A DNA stretch of 64,000 bases from Piromyces finnis finn. Lineage: Eukaryota > Fungi > Neocallimastigomycota. The DNA lies in NCBI GenBank assembly GCA_002104945.1, contig MCFH01000026.1, positions 434,001 to 498,000 of the forward strand, in the 5' to 3' direction. This document shows, one piece after another, positions 24,231-37,300 of this stretch (positions are counted from its first letter, which is position 1; each line of letters starts with the position of its first letter). The translations under genes and the position numbers were made by a program. The notes beneath the pieces are model-generated. The model had not been told where the DNA came from, did no database searches, and saw only the letters and a list, made by a program, of their open reading frames with translations.

Positions 24231-27200
24231 ATGTCAGTCCTTTATATTAAAGATAAGAATTATATCAGACGTGGTACCCGGTCTTATGGTATCCCCTTAG
24301 ATGATATTCGCTCCTTCTTTATCCGTGGTATTCGATCATGGTCAGTAAATATGCTATGGGAAAAACTCGAGGTTATTCTAGAAGATAAATTTAATTCAGT
24401 TATTAGTGTTAAATATTTTCAGACTTTCAATGATCACTTTTTCTTAGTCAAGGTTCATGGTTCATCAAAAGATTGTATTAAAATCTTACACATGTTAAAG
24501 AAGAAACTTTCAGTTACCTCAATTTCCTTTTCAGCTCGTAGTAGAAGGAATCACAAATACACTTTTTCCACTCTCAAACGTAAAATTTTAGTTTCTAATA
24601 AACATCAACATTCTATTCAACAATCATTTCAACAATCATTTCAACAATCAGTTCAACAATCTCATCAACAATCCGATCTTCAACAAGATCTTCAACAAGT
24701 TTTCCATCATGAAAATATTCCAGATCTACAGCAAACACAATTTCAATCTCAACATTCAACAATTAATTCTAATAGTTCTATCAACTCTGATAACAGTTCA
24801 ATAGTTGATAGTTCTTCAGTTTCACAGCCATCTAGTAATAGTTCTACTTATTCCTCTGATGCATCATCCATTAATAACGATGACTTTAATAATAATAATA
24901 ATAGCAACGATTCTTCCTCATCCAACAAGCCTGATAACTTTTCTTTTTGTCTTAGTTGGAACACCAATGGGTGGAATCACGAAAAGAGAGATAGTATTAG
25001 CTATTTCACAGCTATTTTCAAACCATTATTTTTATGTTTCCAAGAAACTGGTAATGGTTCTGGATCGAATACAGATTATCCTTGTCGTGTTACTTTGCGA
25101 AACTATAGACACTTTTTCAAGAAAGCTGACGAATCAGTTCCGGGAATGAGAGGTTTATATTTAGGTTTTCACAATTCATGTCAAGCCTCACTTGAAAACT
25201 TCTCTGGAAAGTATATTATTTCTATTTATACTTTTAGTCTCTGGAATAGATTCAAATGCTCGATTGGAAATGTTTATATGCCTCATAGTCATCACAACAT
25301 CTATGTTGATCATGCAAAGTTAGAAGTTCGCTTGTGGTTACAAACTCATTCATCCCATCCATCGATTCTTGTTGGTGATTTTAATATGTCTAAAGTAAAA
25401 TTATCCAACTGGTTATCAACTAATGGATTAGGAGATTGGGAAATTCTTCCGCTTAGAGGGTCTACTATCTCTTGGACTCGAGGTGATCAATCTTCCGACA
25501 TTGACCATGCTCTTATCAATTCGAAGATGAAAGATCTTATTCACTCAGGATCATTTATAAATAATTTTTATCCTGTATCAGACCATAAGCCACTTCTTAT
25601 TAATGGTAAAATTATTCCTATGGAAGATTTTTCTAATGACTTTAATGTTCCTAAGAAAATTCTGAAATGGAATAGATTAAAATGTATTGAGGAAAAGGAA
25701 TCTATTCTCAGTCATAATAAATTCCAAATACTTTCAGCAAAATTCAACGATCCTAATGTTTCTACAGATGAACTTTCCAAAGAGTTTACTTCAACTGCTT
25801 TTTCAATTGCAGACGAGCTCAGTATTACCTCAGCAAATAATGTTATAAAGTCTTCATTTCATATTTCACAACAAATTTTTAATCTCCAAAAAATCAAAAT
25901 GAAGTTGTATAAGAGATTTAAAAAAGAAAGAATTTATGATATAGATGAATTTATTAAAAGAATTAAAATCTACCGTAAGCTCATTGATTACATCCACAAA
26001 AGATGTAATGAATTTAGGAAACAAGAATATCTTCATTGGATTAAAACAGGATGTGAGTATATGAAGAGTCATAATCCTAAGAAGGCCTGGAAATGGATCA
26101 AGAAAACTGCAAAAATTGGAAAAGATTCTTTCTTTATTGCTCAACCAATTAAAAATAAAAATGGAGAATTAGTTGTTGCTACGGAAGAACAACTAGATGT
26201 GTGGCATGATCATTTCGAAAACCTTGCATCAGATCCAAGTGGTGTAAGTCTTGATCTAGAGCATTGGTATGAAGAACCAACGAATAAACGTTTTTCACTT
26301 CCTATGCTTGATGAATGGGATATCAACCAAGATATTAGTATTGATGAAGTCAAGTCAGCTATCCTCTCTACTCCAAATTATAAAGCATCAGGTCCGGATG
26401 GTATTCCAATTGAATTTTACAAAGCATTAATTCCATCAAGTAATGATTCTAATAATGCTACAGATAATAATTCTTCCGGTAATACTACTTCAGATAATGA
26501 CGCTCATGGTTTAAATTTTATTCTTAAATTATTCAACCGTATCTGGGATGGAGACTTTCCCAACTCATGGAATGAATCCAGTATTGTTTCTATTCCTAAG
26601 AAGGGAGATTTGACAGATTGTGATAACTATCGAGGTATATCACTTATCAATAATGGTATTAAGTTGATTTCCAAAATTGTCACCACTAGAATCTCAGAAT
26701 ATGGTTTAAAGAATAATTTCATTAGACCTGAACAATTTGGTTTTCGATAAAAGGAAGAAAGTATCAGTCTTTTCATTTCAATCCAAGAAATATGCCGTAG
26801 ACGTCAATTAGATAATAAAGAGACATATTTGGCCTTTTTAGATCTCAGGAAAGCATACGATTCAGTCCCAATCGGTAATATTCTCCATAAATTAGATTGT
26901 TTAGGAATCCGAGGTAAGAGTCTACAATTTATCAAAAATTTATATTTAACATCTAAGGCTAATGTCAAATTAGATGGACAATTCTCGAAATCTTTTGATG
27001 TGAAGAAAGGAGTCCGTCAAGGTTGCCCTCTTTCTCCTATTCTCTTTAATCTCTTTATTAATGATATATTTAAAGAGTGCGAAGATCTAGGAGTCAGTTT
27101 AGGTGACACTCGATGCTGTGGTGGACTTTTTGCAGATGATATAGTTATTTGTGCTCCAACAAGAGGATGCTTAAAAAAGATGCTAAGAAGAGTTAATGAA

Positions 27201-28108
27201 TGGGCCTTGTATAATGAAATGGAATTTGGTATCCAGAAATGTTCAACGATGGTGATTCGTCCTGAATCAATAGAAAATCAGAACAAGAGAGATCCAACAT
27301 TTTACTTAGCAGGACAACCCATTCCAACTACTGATTGTTATACTTATCTTGGTGTTCCATTTGATAAGAATCTGTCCCTTAAACCAGTTATTAAAACTCT
27401 TAATAACAAGGTTTTGAAAGGACTTTTTTCAGTCAGTAAATTCTTAAGAAATCCTAATATTCCTATTCCCTTCAAAAAGCTAGTACTTAATTCACAAGTG
27501 ATTAGCAGAGTTTCATACTTTGCACCATTACTTGGGTCCAATAAAGCTAGGTCTAGGATTGCTCAGAAGCATGTTAACAGAGGAATACGATGGGTTGCCG
27601 GAGTTCATAAAGCTGTATCGTTTATATCTTTATACTCTATCTCAAAAGATTTGAATATTCCTCCATTGTCAGCCAAATGTGCATTAGCTCAGGTTAGATG
27701 TTTTAACAAATGGAAAAACTCGAATTGTATTATCTCACACCTTGTCAATTACATTCCTAAATTTAGAAAATATACATGGTTCAAATCAAGTAGGACACTT
27801 GATAAAAAATTAAAGAAGCATGGAGATGTTAAAACAGTTAAAAACTTTTATTGAAAGATCTCAAAGGAAATTCAATCAAAGCACAATATTATGATGATAA
27901 TAAATTTATTGAAACTAAAGATTTTATTAAATTATGTTATGAATACCCAGAGTTTGCCTATGGCTTCTACTGGCTATTGAAAGCAAGAAGCGGATACAAG
28001 TTGGATGCTAGAGTTGCCAAAGCTGCTAAATTTGTTGATCCAGTTTGTCCTAACTACTGTCCATGTTGCAAGTGTGGTGTTCAAAGTATTAAACATTGGT
28101 TATTAGAT
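24231..28108 (+). pseudogene. Disrupted LINE ORF, copy B: N-terminal extension + APE + RT
   Basis: Nonsense TAA at 26748-26750 (AAA in the duplicate) and a 1-bp deletion at ~27852 (tattgaaag vs tattggaaag) split it into ORFs 24231-26750 and 26829-27854. Confidence 0.9.
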
Positions 28109-30778
28109 CCTAAGAAGGCCTGGAAATGGATCAAGAAAACTGCAAAAATAGGAAAAGATTCTTTCTTTATTGCTCAACCAATTAAAAATAAAAATGGAGA
28201 ATTAGTTGTTGCTACAGAAGAACAACTTGAAGTGTGGCATGATCATTTCGAAAACCTTGCATCAGATCCAAGTGGTGTAAGTCTTGATTTGGAGCATTGG
28301 TATGAAGAACCAACGAATAAACGTTTTTCACTTCCTATGCTTGATGAGTGGGATATCAACCAAGATATTAGTATTGATGAAGTCAAGTCAGCTATCCTCA
28401 CTACTCCAAATTATAAAGCATCAGGTCCGGATGGTATTCCAATTGAATTTTACAAAGCATTAGTTCCATCAAGTAATGATTCTAATAATGCTTCAGATAA
28501 TAATTCTTCTGGTAATACTACTTCAGATAATGATGCTCATGGTTTAAATTTTATTCTTAAATTATTCAACCGTATTTGGGATGGAGATTTCCCCAACTCA
28601 TGGAATGAATCCAGTATTGTTTCTATTCCTAAGAAGGGAGATTTGACAGATTGTGATAACTATCGAGGTATATCACTTATCAATAATGGTATTAAGTTGA
28701 TTTCCAAAATTGTCACCACTAGAATCCCAGAATATGGTCTAAAGAATAATTTCATTAGACCTGAACAATTTGGTTTTCGAAAAAAGGAAGAAAGTATCAG
28801 TCTTTTCATTTCAATCCAAGAAATATGCCGTAGACGTCAATTAGATAATAAAGAGACATATTTGGCCTTTTTAGATCTCAGGAAAGCATACGATTCAGTC
28901 CCAATCGGTAATATTCTCCATAAATTAGATTGTTTAGGAATCCGAGGTAAGAGTCTACAATTTATCAAAAATTTATATTTAACATCTAAGGCTAATGTCA
29001 AATTAGATGGACAATTCTCGAAATCTTTTGATGTGAAGAAAGGAGTCCGTCAAGGTTGCCCTCTTTCTCCTATTCTCTTTAATTTCTTTATTAATGATAT
29101 ATTTAGAGAGTGCGAAGATCTAGGAGTCAGTTTAGGTGACACTCGATGCTGTGGTGGACTTTTTGCAGATGATATAGTTATTTGTGCTCCAACAAGAGGA
29201 TGCTTAAAAAAGATGCTTAGAAGAATTAATGAATGGGCATTGTATAATGAAATGGAATTTGGTATCCAGAAATGTTCAACGATGGTGATTCGTCCTGAAT
29301 CAATAGAAAATCAGAACAAGAGAGATCCAACATTTTACTTAGCAGGACAACCCATTCCAACTACTGATTGTTATACTTATCTTGGTGTTCCATTTGATAA
29401 GAATCTGTCCCTTAAACCAGTAATTAAAGCTCTTAATAACAAGGTTTTGAAAGGACTTTTTTCAGTCAGTAAATTCTTAAGAAATCCTAATATTCCTATT
29501 CCCTTCAAAAAGCTAGTACTTAACTCACAAGTGATTAGCAGAGTTTCATACTTTGCACCATTACTTGGGTCCAATAAAGCTAGGTCTAGGATTGCTCAGA
29601 AGCATGTTAACAGAGGAATACGATGGGTTGCCGGAGTTCATAAAGCTGTATCGTTTATATCTTTATACTCTATCTCAAAAGATTTGAATATTCCTCCATT
29701 GTCAGCCAAATGTGCATTAGCTCAGGTTAGATGTTTTAACAAATGGAAAAACTCGAATTGTATTATCTCACACCTTGTCAATTACATTCCTAAATTTAGA
29801 AAATATACATGGTGCAAATCAAGTAGGACACTTGATAAAAAACTAAAGAAACATGGAGATGTTAAAGCAATTAAAAACTTTTATTGGAAAGATCTCAAAG
29901 GAAATTCAATCAAAGCACAATATTATGATGATAATAAATTTATTGAAACTAAAGATTTTATTAAATTATGTTATGAATACCCAGAGTTTGCCTATGGCTT
30001 CTACTGGCTATTGAAAGCAAGAAGCGGATACAAGTTGGATGCTAGAGTTGCCAAAGCTGCTAAATTTGTTGATCCAGTTTGTCCTAACTACTGTCCATGT
30101 TGCAAGTGTGGTGTTCAAAGTATTAAACATTGGTTATTAGATTGTCCAACATTTAGAGATATCCGTATTAAACATTATGATTCCATAGTTCAGCTACTAA
30201 ATTTTTTCAGTCAACGTAATTCCAATAGTCCTATCAATAATAATGAAAATGTTAATATCAGTAGAGATAGTAATAATATTAATAGTAATAGTAACAATAG
30301 TAATTGTAACAATAGTAATTGTAACAATAGTAATAATAACAATAGTAGTAATAGAAATAATAATATTAGTAATGATAGCAATAGTGATGATAATAATTCT
30401 AATTTAGATAGTAATTTAGTTAATGATAGTAATAGTTCTAATAATCCGGTGAATATTAATGTGTATGATTATTCTAGTGTGTGCAGTAAAATATTTAAAT
30501 TCCTTCTTGGGGGAAGAAGTTTTAACAATATTAATTACAATTCAAGGGAATGGAAAGAACTTTGTAAGTGTCAGATTCAATCTGGTACTAATGAAGGAAC
30601 ACCATTCTTGACGGTAACCGCGGAACTTCTAACCAAAATCATGCCTTTTGCTATTGGCCAGCAATGGTCAACATTCAAAGGGTTTGAAGCAATAGCCAAG
30701 AACGTCAATGTGGAAGAAACAATAAGACAGGCCAGGATGGCCAGCGCAACCAATGGAGATTATAATTTTGTCCCATAA
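27851..30778 (+). CDS. Chimeric 975-aa LINE ORF: C-terminal CCHC segment of copy B fused in frame to an intact linker-RT-CCHC of copy C
   Basis: Junction HWLLD|PKKAWKW at 28108/28109; uninterrupted RT domain with FADD. Confidence 0.85.
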   Translation: MKDLKGNSIKAQYYDDNKFIETKDFIKLCYEYPEFAYGFYWLLKARSGYKLDARVAKAAKFVDPVCPNYCPCCKCGVQSIKHWLLDPKKAWKWIKKTAKIGKDSFFIAQPIKNKNGELVVATEEQLEVWHDHFENLASDPSGVSLDLEHWYEEPTNKRFSLPMLDEWDINQDISIDEVKSAILTTPNYKASGPDGIPIEFYKALVPSSNDSNNASDNNSSGNTTSDNDAHGLNFILKLFNRIWDGDFPNSWNESSIVSIPKKGDLTDCDNYRGISLINNGIKLISKIVTTRIPEYGLKNNFIRPEQFGFRKKEESISLFISIQEICRRRQLDNKETYLAFLDLRKAYDSVPIGNILHKLDCLGIRGKSLQFIKNLYLTSKANVKLDGQFSKSFDVKKGVRQGCPLSPILFNFFINDIFRECEDLGVSLGDTRCCGGLFADDIVICAPTRGCLKKMLRRINEWALYNEMEFGIQKCSTMVIRPESIENQNKRDPTFYLAGQPIPTTDCYTYLGVPFDKNLSLKPVIKALNNKVLKGLFSVSKFLRNPNIPIPFKKLVLNSQVISRVSYFAPLLGSNKARSRIAQKHVNRGIRWVAGVHKAVSFISLYSISKDLNIPPLSAKCALAQVRCFNKWKNSNCIISHLVNYIPKFRKYTWCKSSRTLDKKLKKHGDVKAIKNFYWKDLKGNSIKAQYYDDNKFIETKDFIKLCYEYPEFAYGFYWLLKARSGYKLDARVAKAAKFVDPVCPNYCPCCKCGVQSIKHWLLDCPTFRDIRIKHYDSIVQLLNFFSQRNSNSPINNNENVNISRDSNNINSNSNNSNCNNSNCNNSNNNNSSNRNNNISNDSNSDDNNSNLDSNLVNDSNSSNNPVNINVYDYSSVCSKIFKFLLGGRSFNNINYNSREWKELCKCQIQSGTNEGTPFLTVTAELLTKIMPFAIGQQWSTFKGFEAIAKNVNVEETIRQARMASATNGDYNFVP

Positions 30779-31362
30779 CATTGGAAGTCAAATATAATTA
30801 TTGTATTTTAGTATCATAGTAGCTCTCATTCTTTAATTGAAATGACTAGAGTACACATAATACCCAATTTTTATTCATTTGTGTTTATTTAAACCTATTA
30901 TTGTTTTTTGTAGCAAGGAAGATAGTAAAAAAAATATTATTATAATAAAAAATGAACAATATCTTTTCTAGTTAATACGTCAGCTAATATATTTTTCAAT
31001 GCTAATGTTTTCTTGTTGCATAATAAATTATTATTATATTATGAAATAAAGAACTTTACTACTCTGTAAAAAGTGATATTATAATTTAATAAATTAATAA
31101 AAAACCCCAATTTGAATATAATTGAATATATTCTTTTAATAATTTTTTTTTTTTAAAAAAAAAAAGTCTTTATTTTATTAATGAATCTTTTTAAATGATA
31201 TAATTCGTATTATAAATTAGAATATTTTTAATATATAAATATAATAGAATATTTTTAAATTTACATTTTTATTTATGACATTATCTATCTGTAAATATAA
31301 TTTTTAAATTAAACGTTTACTAATGTTTTTTCTTTTAAAACTTTTTCCCTATATAATCTTGA

Positions 31363-34300
31363 CTATTTATTATACCATTCGTTATTGTGTTTGTCTATTA
31401 AAATAACATTTTTACATTTAAGATTGTAATTACATTCAATATAACCAACTCCAATATAACCTTCATCTTCGTTACATTGACAAGTATCATTTGAAACTAT
31501 AGAAGTAAAATCATTTTCACATACACTACAATCATAATGAGTTATAGGATAGGAACAAGAATTATTTATATCATTTTCTACATGACATAAACTTGTATTA
31601 GAAAAATCACATTTTTCAACTGTATTCTTAAATTTAATATTTGGTACTCTTCCATATAAATTTTCATTATTTTGTAATTCACTATTAATAATGAATTATT
31701 TTATTTTATTTTTTTTTTATAATAGAAGAAAAAAAAAAAATTAAAAGTATGTAAATATATAGATATTCAGAAATAAAAAAAAATATAAGGAAAATTTTAA
31801 TATTATAAACTTTTTTTAAAAAAAAATATCAAATATAATATAAATATAATATTAGTTTTACATTTCAACAAGATTAGTTAATTTTTCTAATTCTTTTGTT
31901 GGTATCTCCCCAGATAATTTATTGTTAGATAGTGACCTGTAATTTTTGTTTTATATAAATTAAAAAATAATATTAAAAAGGAAATTAGAAAAAAAAATTA
32001 TATATATATATAAAAGGAATAGATATATTTTCTCTATTGAAAATTATAATAATTTTTACAAATGTAATAAGCCTGATAAATTTCCAATTTCTGAAGGAAT
32101 ATTATCAGTAAGTCTATTATTTTGTAAATGCCTAAACATCATTTAATAAAATTTTGTTAAAGTTATATTATTATTACTATTACTACTATGTTTTAAATAA
32201 AAATAAAATATATATATCAAGAGGAAGAATAAAAAAAAATAATTATTATATAATAAAATTTACAGCGTTTTTAAATTTGTTAAATTTCCTATATCTGAAG
32301 GAATAAAATCATAAATATAATTATCATTTAATTTTCTATTTTTTTTTATACATTAATATATTAGTATTGGGAAACATATATTACAATAATAATTATATAT
32401 ATATTATTTACAATATTGTTAAATTCTTTAATTTCCCAAATGAGGAAGGAATAGACGAATATATCTGATTTTTTTCTAAATTTCTATAAAATATTATATA
32501 TATTATAATATATTATATAGGAAGGTTAATAATAAAATTTATCTTTTTTTTTTATCATATTAAAAACATAAATAGAATAATAATAACAAAAATAATAATT
32601 ACATAATCTTCAAATTTACTGAATCAGAAAAAGCATATAAAAAGAAATTGCCAAAAATGTTGCAGTTACTGATAGATCTTTTTGTAAAAAAAAAAAAAAA
32701 GGTTTATAGAAAATATTTATAAATTATACTAATAAATATTTTATATTTATATATATATATATTAATATTACAATTCTTCTAAGTATGGCATAGGGTTAAA
32801 AACTCTTGGAAATTCGTTTAAACCATTTGTATTTCTATATAATAAAATAAAGTTTTTTTTTATTTATTATTTCCTTTTTATTTAATTTTATATATAATAT
32901 ATATATAAATATTTTTCATACTCAATTTTAATAGATATTATATGGCCATCCTCATTACAGGTAACATGACTATCTAAGCAACAATCATATGATTCTTTTT
33001 TTCTAAGTAATCTATTCACCATATTACATTCCTCTATTACTGTTTTACTATTATTGTCAATGATATCGTATTCACTATCATCATCATAACTATTATTTGT
33101 GATGTCATCATTATCAATAGTTTTATAAAAATACTTGTAATTAAAAATGTCAAAGGTTGAAATATTATCTGGCCATGAAGAAACGGGATGGGTTGGATTA
33201 ACTTTATCAGGATGACTCCAATCTTCATGTGTTTCAAGAGAAAGACGACATTCTCCACCTTCTTCTGATAACTTTTTATTTATATATTTTGAGGTATCTT
33301 CCGGGTAGGTATGATGAAGTACAAAATCGTAAAAATATATAGCTTCTTCATCTTCTTCATCATTAGAATTTAAAGCTTCTTGATATTTTCTTTCAAGGAA
33401 GCTTTGTCTAGTATCTTGAATAAGTGAAACTCCTGAAATACCATAAGCATAAACATAATTTGGAACGGTATTCCGTGGATTTGAATAAACCAAGGAACGA
33501 ATATCAATTAAAAATTCTATTTCTTCATCCATTGGAATATCACAGTTACGATGGCTTAAATAATCCGAAATTATATTGTATTGTGAAAAACCAACACGTA
33601 ATTTAAAATCTTTTTTTTTCATAAATCGTGCTTTAATTGAAATTCCTTCTGGTGGTGCAACAAATCCATTATTATTTAATGATCCAATGTAACCATAATC
33701 TTGGTTAATTCCAGGAATAAATTTTATACAATTTTTTTTTTCAGGATCTTCTTGATATACCTCATTCAAAATATAATTTTCTTCTATAAAGTTTATACTA
33801 AAACCATGCTGTATGATACCATTCTTTATCATAACTGTTGGGTCTTTCTTTAAGAAAATACTATTACCAATAAAGATATAAACTGGCATACGACCATAAT
33901 TTCTAATAGTAAATCTAGTATATAAAGTGGGATCATCATCAAGTAGTTTACTTGAATCAATATCTCCAACCATTTCCATCCATTCATTCGTTGGTGGGGT
34001 AATATTTTCAATTTCATAATATGTATCCCTATAACTATATTTTCTGTTATAGTCTTCTGGTTCTATAACAAACTTTAAATCAACTAAGGATAGCCATTCT
34101 TGAGCTTGTATGGTAAAGTCATATTCACTTAAATCACTACATGATAATCCAATATTTTTACAAGTGTATCCTTCATTCTTCAATTCCTCAATTCCCGGAG
34201 CTACTAATTTTATTTCCGATTTAAATTTATGAAAAGAACCAAGATTAATATTAAACTTTACTCTTGGTTCTTTTGTAAGATGGAATTCAATATTTGAATA

Positions 34301-37300
34301 ATTTCTTTTTACTTTTTTTCCTGGTAGATATAAAATCATTGGTGAGTTCTCTGAATCATCACCATTTTTATTAGGAAAGTAAATTTTAGCATCACTAGAA
34401 CCATTTGTAACATCACCTTTATCCCATAAATAAGGTAGATCATTAGTTCCACGACTATACAAAGCAAGATTACCAAACTATTAAATTTTATTTTCATAAT
34501 GATTTAAAAATAATATATATATGTTAAAGTTAAAAATTTAATAATAAAGAGAAATCATGATTAATTTCCTTTTTTTTTTTTTCTTATATATATATTTATT
34601 TTTTGCTTTTAATATTTTATTTTATAATTATATAAATAATGGATATAAAAATATTACCATTTTATTAATTGTTCTACTTAAAGGAATATAAGGTGGATAA
34701 TAGATAATACTATTAATATATAATGTATTATCCATCTGAGTAGCATCTTGAATGACATACCTGTATGTAGGATAATTTTTATTATTTGGAAGTGGAATTG
34801 TATATTCCTCAAATTTTGTAGTTGCTTTAAATGTATATATAATATGATGTGATTCAGAACGATCAATACAAAGAATTTCAATATTGTGATCAGGATTTAA
34901 TACTTTCATATTTATCACAAGGTAACCGCCATCATAATTATTATCTGTTTTAAATCCAAAGCCTGGCCATGTAATTTGTTTTCCTTCCATGGAGCATTCC
35001 ATGTATAAATTATTTATATTATTGCATTTGACAGTTCCCCAACTCTCTTCTTTCCAATGTAACTCACCATTACTAAGAATAACATCTGGTTCATAAAGAT
35101 ATGACGTTTTATAAGGTAGTAAATTATCCTCATCAATATTTTTTATATCTTTATAATAAATATTTCTAAGATATAATGTAACTTTTCTATCATTGCCATA
35201 ATTTTGCCATGCAAATCTTTTAATACTTTTAATAAACGTATTTTCTTCATGATTCTTAATTTCTTGAGTGATAGTTTCCCAATCAGAATCCTATTTTGTT
35301 TTTATAAATATAAAATTTTAAATTTTAATAATGAAAATTTATTCATCATCATCATTATCATTATCATCATCATTATTATTATTAATTACTACTTATTATT
35401 ACTATTATTACTATTATTACTATTATTACTATTATTACTATTATTACTATTATTACTATTATTACTATTATTACTTTATTACTTTTATTACTATTATTAC
35501 TATTATTACTATTATTACTATTATTACTTTTATTACTTTTATTACTATTATTACTATTATTACTATTATTACTTTTATTACTATTATTACTATTATTACT
35601 ATTATTACTATTATTACTATTATTACTATTATTACTATTATTACTATTATTACTTTTATTACTTTTATTACTATTATTACTTTTATTTTTTATTTTTTAT
35701 TTTTTTTAATATTTTAAATATATAAATTATTTTTTAAAAAAAATCGACCAAACTACTATTTAACAAATAACAAATCAAAAAAAAAAAGTGAAAAATACAT
35801 ACTGTATATAAATATTTTCCTTGATCAATATTCTCCAAACCTTCAAAGGAAAAGAAATTTAACATTGTTTTACCATCAGCAGGTCCAAATTTGTAATCAA
35901 ATGTAAGAAAACCATATTGGGAATTTAAATTTTTATTTATTAATGAAAATCCAGCATTTTCAGATAATTTTACTTCAATTATTTCATTTTTAATTCTAGG
36001 TTCACTTCCAATATCCCATGAAATTTCTTCCCAACCCGAATTCCATTCTGACATGCCTTCTTCAAATATTGTTATTACTTGCCCTTCCTTTTCTTTTCCC
36101 TATATATTATGAATATATATATATATATAGGTTAAAAATTAAATTTTTTATCAATATTATTTTTTTTTCTGCTTTGAAGAAATGTATTAATGACACAAAT
36201 ACATAATACATAAATATTGATAGAATTTTAAATAAAAAATACCTCTATTATAGTATCTCTATTAAGAGGAATATAAGGTGGATAGTATGTAATACTTTTA
36301 ATATAAAAAATATTATAACCTTGAGATACTTCTTGAATGGAAAACTTATAAGTAGAATCATTAGGATTTCTTGGAAGTGGAAATATATATTCAACAAATT
36401 CCGTAGTTGCTCTGAATGTTTTAAGAATGTACTGTTTATTATTATGGTAATAGCCAATAATATTAATGTCCTTATCAGGGTACAATACTTTAATATTAAT
36501 ACCAATATAACCACCATCATAATTACTATTATCTGAAAAATCAATATATTGTTGATTATTCAAAGAACATTTCATTAAAGAATTTTCGATTGTACATTCA
36601 GGATAACTTTGCATATCCAACCATTTTAAAGCATTTTCGTTAACGAAGACATAAGGTTCATATAATGAAATAATATTATATAATGGTATATTATTTTCCA
36701 CATTTAATTGATTGTTAGCCGTATACCTATTTCATTTTATATTAATAAAAATATTTTTTTTAAAAATTTTTTTTCAAGTAGATATATACAAATATAATAT
36801 AGAAAAATAAAATAATTTACAATGATTTTAAATTTGGTAAATTTTCAACTTCTGATGGAATAGATCCAGTTAATTGATTATTTTGTAAATATCTATTTTT
36901 TCATTTAATAGTAATGGAAAGCAAAATTTGTTATTATTTATATACATATATATTTACTATATTGCTAAATATTTTATTTTAATAAAAAATAAAAAAAAAT
37001 ATTATAAATTTTACAAGTCCTCTAAATTTGATAAACTTCCAATTTCTAAAGGAATTGATCCAGTTAACTTATTATTATGTAAATATCTATTCGTTTTTTA
37101 ATAAAAATTAAAATTAATTATTAGGTTATTATGTAATTTATTTTTTTTACAAATCCGTATTTTTTCTATGAAAAGAAGTATATAAATTAATAATGAATAA
37201 AACTTTACATTGCTTTTAAATTTACTAAATTTCCTATTTCTGATGGAATGGAATTAGTGAATTTATTATGTTGTAAATATCTATTATAGATAATATAATA

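Larger units (their letters stand above)
24231..30915 (+). mobile_element. L1-like non-LTR retrotransposon (APE + RT + CCHC) with an internal 2-kb tandem duplication; the 5' UTR may extend upstream toward 23630; 3' end truncated without poly(A)
   Basis: APE motifs SWNTNG, LCFQET, NVYMP, VGDFN, IDH, SDHKPL. RT motifs KASGPDG, YRGISL, QFGFR, FLDLRKAYDSV, GVRQGCPLSP, FADD, YTYLG. 26076-28108 is repeated at 28109-30142. Confidence 0.95.

Noticed and set aside
26076-30142. Pure assembly artefact for the RT duplication
   Set aside because: The halves differ at many positions, including a stop and an indel, so this is not an exact-copy error. A haplotype merge remains possible, so it is kept as a finding.
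34463-34497. Separate gene start (MKIKFNSLVILLC...) for the second NTD module
   Set aside because: That ATG is out of frame with ORF 32888-34462, while a phase-0 acceptor at 34478 joins cleanly to the donor at 34657. A single gene is preferred but not proven.
35204-35725. Poly-Tyr/Leu/ITI ORFs on the plus strand
   Set aside because: Translation of an intronic microsatellite, antisense to the real gene.
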